Assembly (NCBI GenBank): GCA_963730185.1 | Contig: CAVSQW010000008.1 | Span: 352,001-416,000 of the forward strand | DNA length: 64,000 bases | Origin: an uncultured Gemmatimonadales bacterium | GTDB lineage: Bacteria; Gemmatimonadota; Gemmatimonadetes; Gemmatimonadales; GWC2-71-9 | Direction: 5' to 3' | Part shown: positions 62,893-64,000 of the stretch, in pieces | How positions within the stretch are numbered: position 1 is the stretch's first letter | How the letters are laid out: every line of letters starts with the position of its first letter | Made by a program: the position numbers and the translations under genes | The notes under the pieces: model-generated | The model's input: only the letters and a program-made list of their open reading frames with translations | Database searches by the model: none | Told to the model about the DNA's origin: nothing

Positions 62893-63533
62893 CAGCGGAG
62901 CCCAATCAGCTTGTGCGTCTGCAATGATAATCGCCACGGCGGATGGGCGAGGCAGTAATCGGCCGCCGTCCGGGTGTTGGCCGCGAGCGCCGGACCGTCC
63001 ATCGGCTGGAGAAAGAAATGCCCGAAGGCCAGCTCCTGGAAGCGCTCGGGCTCGGCGCCGGGCTGAGGGAAGACCAGCTTGAGCTCGCTGCCGGCGGTTG
63101 CGATGAGCGGCGCCCCGGCCTTCGGGCTGACGGTGATCCAGTCGAGGCCCTCGGGCGGGGCCACCGTGCCGTTCGTCTCCACGGCCAGCTCGAAGCCTTC
63201 GGCGTGAATCGCGTCGATCAGGGCCCGATCCACCTGAAGGAGCGGCTCGCCGCCCGTGGCCACCACGTAGGGACGCTCGGCGGGACCGGCGTCGCCCGGC
63301 CAGGCGCGACGGACGGCACCCGCCACCTCGCCCGCCGACTCGAACCGGCCCCCGCCGGGGCCGTCGGTGCCGACAAAGTCGGTGTCGCAAAACCGGCAGA
63401 CTGCCGTCGCCCGGTCGCCCTCCCGCCCAGTCCAGAGGTTACATCCCGCGAACCGGAGGAAGACCGCCGGCCGGCCAGTGTGCGCGCCCTCGCCCTGCAG
63501 GGTGTAGTAGAGCTCCTTGACCGCGTACCCCAT
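62892..63533 (-). CDS. queE: 7-carboxy-7-deazaguanine synthase (radical SAM, CX14CX2C type)
   Basis: 'YTLQGEG', 'GCNLWTGREGDRATAVCRFCDT', 'TGGEP', 'ETNGT', 'VSPK', 'LSLQTHK'. Confidence 0.95.
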   Translation of the reverse strand: MGYAVKELYYTLQGEGAHTGRPAVFLRFAGCNLWTGREGDRATAVCRFCDTDFVGTDGPGGGRFESAGEVAGAVRRAWPGDAGPAERPYVVATGGEPLLQVDRALIDAIHAEGFELAVETNGTVAPPEGLDWITVSPKAGAPLIATAGSELKLVFPQPGAEPERFQELAFGHFFLQPMDGPALAANTRTAADYCLAHPPWRLSLQTHKLIGLR

Positions 63534-63540
63534 CCCCCCG

Positions 63541-64000
63541 CTACGCTCCGACCGCGTATGCCGTGGGGTCGGGGACGCCGGCCGCCTCGAATCCCTGTCG
63601 TCGAATCGCGCACGAGTCGCAGTGGCCGCAGGCCCGCCCGTCCGGATCCGGGTCGTAGCAGCTCCGGGTCAGGCGGTAGTCCACGCCCAGAGCCAGTCCC
63701 CGATGGATGATCTCGGCCTTGCTGAGCGCGATCAGGGGGGCCCGCACCTGAAACCGGCGCCCGCCCTCGGTGGCCGCTCGGGTGGCCAGATTGGCCAGCC
63801 GCTCGAAGGCGGCGATGAACTCGGGCCGGCAGTCGGGGTACCCGCTGTAGTCCACCGCGTTGACCCCGAGAAAGAGATCGTCGGCGCCGATCACCTCAGC
63901 CAGGGCGAGGCCGAGCGAGAGGAAGACGGTGTTCCGGGCCGGGACGTAGGTGATCGGGATGCCCGCCGCCCGCTCCGCGTCGGGCCGGTCCTTGGGCACG
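63541..64000 (-). CDS. queC: 7-cyano-7-deazaguanine synthase (5' end outside the window)
   Basis: '[11 protein letters not shown]', '[12 protein letters not shown]', 'SCY...CGHCDSC'. Confidence 0.95.
   Translation of the reverse strand, partial: VPKDRPDAERAAGIPITYVPARNTVFLSLGLALAEVIGADDLFLGVNAVDYSGYPDCRPEFIAAFERLANLATRAATEGGRRFQVRAPLIALSKAEIIHRGLALGVDYRLTRSCYDPDPDGRACGHCDSCAIRRQGFEAAGVPDPTAYAVGA

Noticed and set aside
63541..64000. queC/queE as part of a dpd DNA-modification or Qat-type defence island
   Set aside because: No dpdA/tgt-like, ATPase or nuclease genes on the visible side; the sequences look like housekeeping queuosine enzymes. The upstream context is outside the window.

Overview
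High-GC (~70%) bacterial chromosome segment made up mostly of housekeeping and metabolic genes. The gene mix (SusC/SusD pair, BTAD-TPR regulator, duplicated ADOP-type ABC permease, short SigA-like sigma factor) suggests Gemmatimonadota, which is an inference. Left half: a DUF5916 protein, histidine utilisation genes (hutU with a 1-nt frameshift, hutI, bifunctional FTCD), a SusC/SusD pair, a Tat amidase, a secreted-protein cassette divergent from a membrane-anchored BTAD regulator, aguB-aguA plus a Cys/Thr-type proline-racemase-family gene, and a GH57-based glycogen operon. Right half: ettA, thrBC, the three-gene transhydrogenase pntAaAbB, acnA, a long DUF971/PIG-L/Fe-type ABC/MFS operon, an M3 peptidase, infA, a cold-shock protein and queC-queE. 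I found no rRNA, tRNA, CRISPR array or mobile element. Main points the ORF track misses or does not explain: (1) a signal-peptide-bearing peroxiredoxin with an in-frame TGA at the peroxidatic position and a SECIS-like hairpin (probable selenoprotein); (2) a JAK-like pseudokinase-kinase tandem protein translationally coupled to a diguanylate cyclase; (3) G-rich 7/8/10-mer repeat tracts at gene ends, some inverted and one inside a coding linker; (4) five genes with a TANNNT -10 box 5-7 nt before the ATG (leaderless architecture); (5) a degenerate HD-domain gene coupled to queE; (6) a Cam-type gamma carbonic anhydrase with an N-terminal leader.
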